In this document: positions 58,791 through 64,000 of the stretch, in pieces
How the letters are laid out: every line of letters begins with the position of its first letter
How positions within the stretch are numbered: position 1 is the stretch's first letter
Position numbers and translations under genes: made by a program
NCBI GenBank assembly: GCA_964016885.1
Contig: CAXHJY010000860.1
Coordinates: 124,001-188,000, forward strand
Source of the DNA: Eledone cirrhosa
Lineage: Eukaryota
Length of the DNA stretch: 64,000 nt
Direction: 5' to 3'
The notes under the pieces: model-generated
What the model was told of the DNA's origin: nothing
The model's input: only the letters and a program-made list of their open reading frames with translations
The model's database searches: none

Positions 58791-59139
58791 TTTAGGACAG
58801 GCCTAGACACTCGGACCTCGAGAATACGTACCCTCTACCAGTTATCATCCTCCTTCAATCTACAGGTGTATACACAGATCAAGCATATTTAGACCACCCA
58901 GGTAAGAATCCCTCCCAGGTAACTTCCAATCTACAGGTGCACGTACTCAGAGCAGGCACACTCATCGGACATCTCAGCTAAGCAACTCTCCCAGTAGCCC
59001 ACTAATCTCAGGTGTATATTCATGGCAGGTCCTTCACTCGTGCCAAGCTCACAGCCCTCGTCCATCTTTCAGCAAAAAACTGGTTGGAAGGTTGCAAACA
59101 CCCTCCACCTTCGTTGTCCTCTTGAAATGAAACTTCTTC

Positions 59140-59565
59140 TCCTTTTCCTCACCCCCTTCTTCTCGAGAGGGTTGTGGGGGCTCGGTCGTCAAACGCTCAT
59201 TCCAGCAGGTCCTGTTAGAAGCAGCTCTCTCTAACTGATCCGGCTGGGTCCCCAAGCGTGACCAGCCAAGCTCATGGATCCTACGCCCTTGCTCAGGGTC
59301 TACCCCTGGGTCTCCTGCCAGTTGGTTTTGCCCGTAGAATCTGTCCTGCAATATATGATACTATCCAAGGTAAAGGCTGACACAACTTGGCATCTGTATC
59401 CTTGTTATATACACTTCTTCGCCATCTTAATCCTGGCAGAGTCCTCAAACGCTCCTTCCAGTAGGTCCTATTAGAAGCAACTGTCTCCAATTGATCAGGC
59501 TGGATCCCCAAAAGAGACGAGCCAAGGTCATGGATGTTATCCAACCATTTTGGTCGGGGTCTAAC
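59140..59565 (-). mobile_element. Two RTE-clade (Expander/Rex3-like) LINE 3' coding ends
   Basis: KPTGRRPRGRP...IHELGWSRLGTQPDQLERAASNRTCW..L..PPQP and [33 protein letters not shown] match the RTE ORF C-terminal pattern. Confidence 0.75.
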
Positions 59566-60170
59566 CCGAACCCATACCCGAACCAGAACCCGAACCCGAA
59601 TCCAAATCCAAATCCAAGTCCAAATCCAAACCCAAACCCAATCCCGAACCCGAAACGAACCCGAACCCGGACCGGAACCGAACCCGACCCCGAAACCGAA
59701 CCCGAAGCCGAACCGGAACCGGAAGCGGAGCCGGAACTCGAATCCGAATCCAAATCCAAATCCAAATCCAAACCCGAACCCGAACCCGAAGCCGAACCCA
59801 AACCCGAACCCGAACCCGAAGCCGAACCCGAACCGGAACCGGAACCGGAACTCGAATCCGAACCCGAATCCAAATCCAAATCCAAACCCGAACCCGAACC
59901 CGAAACCGAACCCAAACCCGAACCCGAACCGGAACCGGAACCGGAACCGGAACTCGAATCCGAATCCAAATCCAAATCCAAACCCGAACCCGAACCCGAA
60001 ACCGAACCCAAACCCGAACCCGAACCCGAACCCGAATCCAAATCCAAATCCAAACCCGAACCCGAACCCAAACCCGAACCCGAACCCGAAGCCGAACCGG
60101 AAGCGGAACCGGAACTCGAATCCGAATCCAAATCCAAATCCAAATCCAAACCCGAATTCGAACCCGAACC
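59562..60170. repeat. Hexamer array (AACCCG/AATCCA/AACCGG variants)
   Basis: Direct reading; the EPEP/NPNP ORFs are consequences of the hexamer. Confidence 0.93.
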
Positions 60171-60254
60171 TCCCACCGCCACCACAAAAATTTAATCACG
60201 GTTTCGCCGAAGTCCATAGTGCTTGCCCTCAATACTAACAAGTGCGTAAATATC

Positions 60255-61026
60255 GAATTCTAATTTAGGCATAAGGCCAACAAACCTGAAGGGATAGGGT
60301 TAGGGAAAATTGGTTAAACAGACCCCAGTACATTACTGGTACTTTCTTTTATCAAGCAGCGCGTTAGGATGAAAGGCAAAGTTAAACTTTGGCGGGATTT
60401 GAACTCAGACCGTAAAGGGGCGTAACTCTATGCTGTAAAGCATGGTCTCCAATGCTCTACCGATACTGCAATAATAATGGTTTGTTATATAGGCACAAGG
60501 CCAGCAATTTTGGGGAAAGGGGAAAGTCGATTAAATCGACCCCAGTGCGTCACTGGTACTTTATTTTATCGACCCCGAAAATAGGAAAGGTAAAATTAAC
60601 CTCGGCGGGATTTGAATTCAGAACGCAAAGGGCCATAACTCTATGCTCTACCGATTTTTGCCAATCCACCTCTCTATATATAATAAGGCCAACAATTACC
60701 CCAGTGTGTTACTGGTACTTTATTTTATCGACCCCCGTAAGGATGAAAGGCAAAGTTAACCTCGGCGGGATTTGAACTCAGAACGTAAAGGGACGTAACT
60801 CTATGCTACAAAGCAGGATGTCCGACGCTCTACCTATTTTTGCCAATCCACCTCTCTATATATAATAAGGCCAGCAATTACACCAATGTATTACTGGTAC
60901 TTTATTTTATCGACCCCCGTAAGGCTGAAAGGCAAAGTTAACCTCGGCGGGATTTGAACTCAGAATGTAAAGGGACGTAACTCTATGCTGCAAAGCATGG
61001 CGTCCGACCCTCTACCGATTCTGCCA
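60255..61026 (-). mobile_element. Four consecutive tRNA-derived SINE copies
   Basis: ACTGGTACTTT..GGCGGGATTTGAA body at ~60335, 60552, 60711 and 60893. Confidence 0.9.
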
Positions 61027-61096
61027 TTAATGATAAAAGATAAAGAAACAAAAGGGGTCTGTATGTCCCTTTATGATTCAATCTAGGTTTTGTTAT

Positions 61097-61140
61097 GGGT
61101 TAGGGTTAGGGTTAAGGTTAGGGGTTAGGGGTTAGGGTTG
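61097..61140 (+). repeat. Short degenerate interstitial (TTAGGG)n
   Basis: gggttagggttagggttaaggttaggggttaggggttagggtt. Confidence 0.8.
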
Positions 61141-61180
61141 GCAATCACGGAGTTTGGAGGAGGTGGCCAATGTGTATATA

Positions 61181-61282
61181 CAAATTGTCCCACAAAAATG
61201 TATACACACTTTGATTACCTGTACAGGATATATTTATTAGAATGCTGTTGATGTGTGTATACATTTTTGAGGGGACACCTTG
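61181..61282. mobile_element. Tc1/mariner-type MITE
   Basis: Imperfect ~29-bp TIRs CAA..TGTCCC..CAAAAATGTATACACAC at both ends, flanked by TA. Confidence 0.75.
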
Positions 61283-61966
61283 TATGTGTGTGTGTGTGTG
61301 TGGTGTGTGTGGTGTGTGTGTGTATAAGTATGTGTGTGTGGTGTGTGTGTGTGGTGTGTGTGTATAAGTATGTATGTGTGTGTGTGTGTGTGTGGTGTGT
61401 GTGGTGTGTGTGTGTGGTGTGTGTATAAGTATGTATGTGTGTGTGTGTGTGGTGTGTGTGGTGTGTGTGTGTGTGTATAAGTATATATGTGTGTGTGCGG
61501 TGGTGGTGTGTGCGAGTTGTGTGTGTGTATATGTGTGGGTAATTGGTTGGTGTGGATGTGTGTGTGGTATGTGTCTATGAGTGTATGTGTGTGTATATAA
61601 ATACAGTATATATATATACATATATGTATATGGGGGTATGCATGTTTGGTGTGCGTGTGTATATGTATGTGTCTTTGTGGGCTGTGTGTATGTGTGCGTG
61701 TATATATACGTGTGTGGTGTGGCAGGTTTGTGTGTGTGTGTGTATGGCGGTGGGGTGTGTATGAGTGGTCAATGAGAATGTGGGATTCACGATTTTTCTC
61801 TCCTGAGCCCGCGGGTCACCACCATCATGGCGGTCGATAACACTGGTGGAGGCGGTGGGTGGAGGTTATGGTGGTAGGGGAGGGCCGGACTTGAATGGTC
61901 AACAAACAACAAAAGTGTGGGGTGGTGGCGCTGGAGGTGTGTTGATGGGGGGGGGGAGTAGATGAT

Positions 61967-62009
<43 letters not shown>

Positions 62010-62029
62010 TATACTTACACATGAATATA

Positions 62030-62032
62030 TAT

Positions 62033-62076
<44 letters not shown>

Positions 62077-62433
62077 TGAGATATATATATATATATAGAG
62101 AGAGAGAGAGTGAGAGAGAGAGAGAGAGATATATATATAGAGAGGGAGAGAGTGAGATATATATATATATATATAGAGAGAGATATATATAGAGAGAGGG
62201 AGAGAGTGAGATATATATAGAGAGAGATATATAGAGAGTGAGAGAGAGGGAGAGAGAGAGAGAGAGAGGGCGAGAGACAGATAGAGAGTGAGAGAGAGAG
62301 AGGGGGAGAGAGTGAGATATATATATATAGAGAGAGAGAGTGAGAGAGAGAGAGAGAGAGAGAGGGGGAGAGATATATAGAGATATATATAGAGAGAGGG
62401 AGAGAGTGAGATATATATAGAGAGAGATATATA

Positions 62434-62464
<31 letters not shown>

Positions 62465-62520
62465 GGGGAGAGTGAGAGAGAGGGAGGGAGAGGGAGATAG
62501 ACCACAGATAGACAGAGGGA
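62030..62520. repeat. (GA)n/(TA)n compound minisatellite
   Basis: Direct reading. Confidence 0.9.
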
Positions 62521-62824
62521 CAGATGAAGTGTCGTTCGGTCACGCGTCGCTCGGAACCTTAAAACGTTTTCAAAAGGATCCGCCATTTTCTTTTTTTTCT
62601 CGTCTATCACAGTACAGTATTATTCTCGTTTTATCTTCTCGTGTTATCTCTCTCTCGTTTGTGTTCGTTGGCAGGCTTGACCAGCTGCCGAGTGTTAGTA
62701 TCGAAACCCCAACGGCCAGATGACGCGGGATCAGATAGGGGAGAGATTAGAGGGAACTTTGACGGAAGGCTTAGCATCTTCTTTAAAGGTGTATCTGATG
62801 TGTGAGAATATATAATTGTGCGTG

Positions 62825-62899
<75 letters not shown>

Positions 62900-63063
62900 T
62901 GTTTTGGAGATAGATAGATATTTGTGTGTATATATATATACACACACACTCATATATTATAGAAAGATAGTTGTGTATATATATATATATATATGCATAT
63001 ATATACATACATACACACGCACACATATAGTTATATATGTATATATATATGTGTGTATAAGTA

Positions 63064-63120
<57 letters not shown>

Positions 63121-63231
63121 TTATATAGTTATATATGTATATATATATGTGTATAAGTATATATATATATATATATGTTTATGTAGTTATATATGTATAT
63201 ATATATATGTATAAGTATGTATGTATATATA

Positions 63232-63279
<48 letters not shown>

Positions 63280-63293
63280 TATATATGTATATA

Positions 63294-63335
<42 letters not shown>

Positions 63336-63368
63336 TATGTAGTTATATATGTATATATATATGTATAA

Positions 63369-63411
<43 letters not shown>

Positions 63412-63562
63412 TATGTAGTTATATATGTATATATATATATATGTATAAGTATATATGTATATATATATTTATAAGTATATATGTATATATATATTTATAT
63501 ATATATATATATATGTTTATATAGTTATATATGTATATGTATAAGTATATATGTATATATAT

Positions 63563-63762
63563 ATAGTTATGTAATAAACAATATAAGATAATTAATTCAT
63601 TTACCAGTGGTTTCTTGAAAACAGATATTTATGTATGTCTTCAAGAAACCACTGGTAAATGAATTAATTATCTTATGTTGTTTATTACATAACTAAAAAG
63701 CTCTGTAGCCTACACAGAGCACTCACTTCTCCTTTACCTTTCCTACGGAAATATTTCATTTA
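63563..63762 (+). mobile_element. Fold-back element in (TA)n with a half hammerhead
   Basis: Arms 63563-63618 and 63640-63695; the right arm has GAA-ACCA c TGGT-A; a unique tail follows to (TA)n. Confidence 0.7.
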
Positions 63763-63942
63763 TATATATATATATATTGAGTATATGTTGGTTGTATACC
63801 AACACCTCAGTATGCAGGCTGGAGCACTCGACGAAGTGCGCAGGTTGGTTTGGTTATTCCGGAGTAATGTTGGGCATATCAGAGTATTGACAAGGTTATA
63901 CACCTCAACAACATATTACTTGTCTATGCCACACTAATTCGG

Positions 63943-63997
63943 ACTGCCTGAAGAGGTCACAGCCAAAGATGGCTGTCACTGAAATATATATAGCAGT
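63943..63997 (+). ncRNA. Type I hammerhead ribozyme with palindromic stem III
   Basis: ACTGC-CTGAAGA-GGTCACAGCCA aaga TGGCTGTCACT-GAA-ATATATAT-A-GCAGT; reversed tail motif (GCACTCGAC) upstream at ~63824. Confidence 0.88.
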
Positions 63998-64000
63998 AAT

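Overview
This is a eukaryotic (animal), extremely repeat-rich window with no supportable host protein-coding gene. Almost all ORFs in the supplied track are translation artefacts of microsatellites. The SINE sequences and the (TA)n/(CA)n load suggest a coleoid cephalopod such as Octopus; this is an inference from recall, not a database result. Contents: (i) one decayed Penelope-like retroelement (RT plus C-terminal GIY-YIG, Neptune-like) at ~14.1-17.3 kb; (ii) more than a dozen short (100-400 bp) fold-back fragments from several distinct sequence families, embedded in (TA)n tracts, which carry complete, halved or U3:A8-variant type I hammerhead ribozymes and, in many cases, a shared tail motif, T[A/G]T[T/C]GAG[T/C][A/G]C; (iii) three 3' fragments of R4/Dong-type RLE retrotransposons inserted in (TATG)n; (iv) about 14 tRNA-derived SINE copies; (v) RTE-clade 3' ends, a mariner-type MITE and a Helitron-like 3' end; (vi) large tandem arrays, namely 72 bp x17, 34 bp x ~300 (derived from a SINE-type tail), and sister satellites of 64/47 bp and 76 bp packed with AG|GT splice-site consensus; (vii) small unique islands carrying ETS/YY1/CTCF-like motifs. 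The best candidate for an under-described system is the diverse set of hammerhead-bearing, (TA)n-targeted mini-elements, probably mobilised by Penelope-like enzymes.
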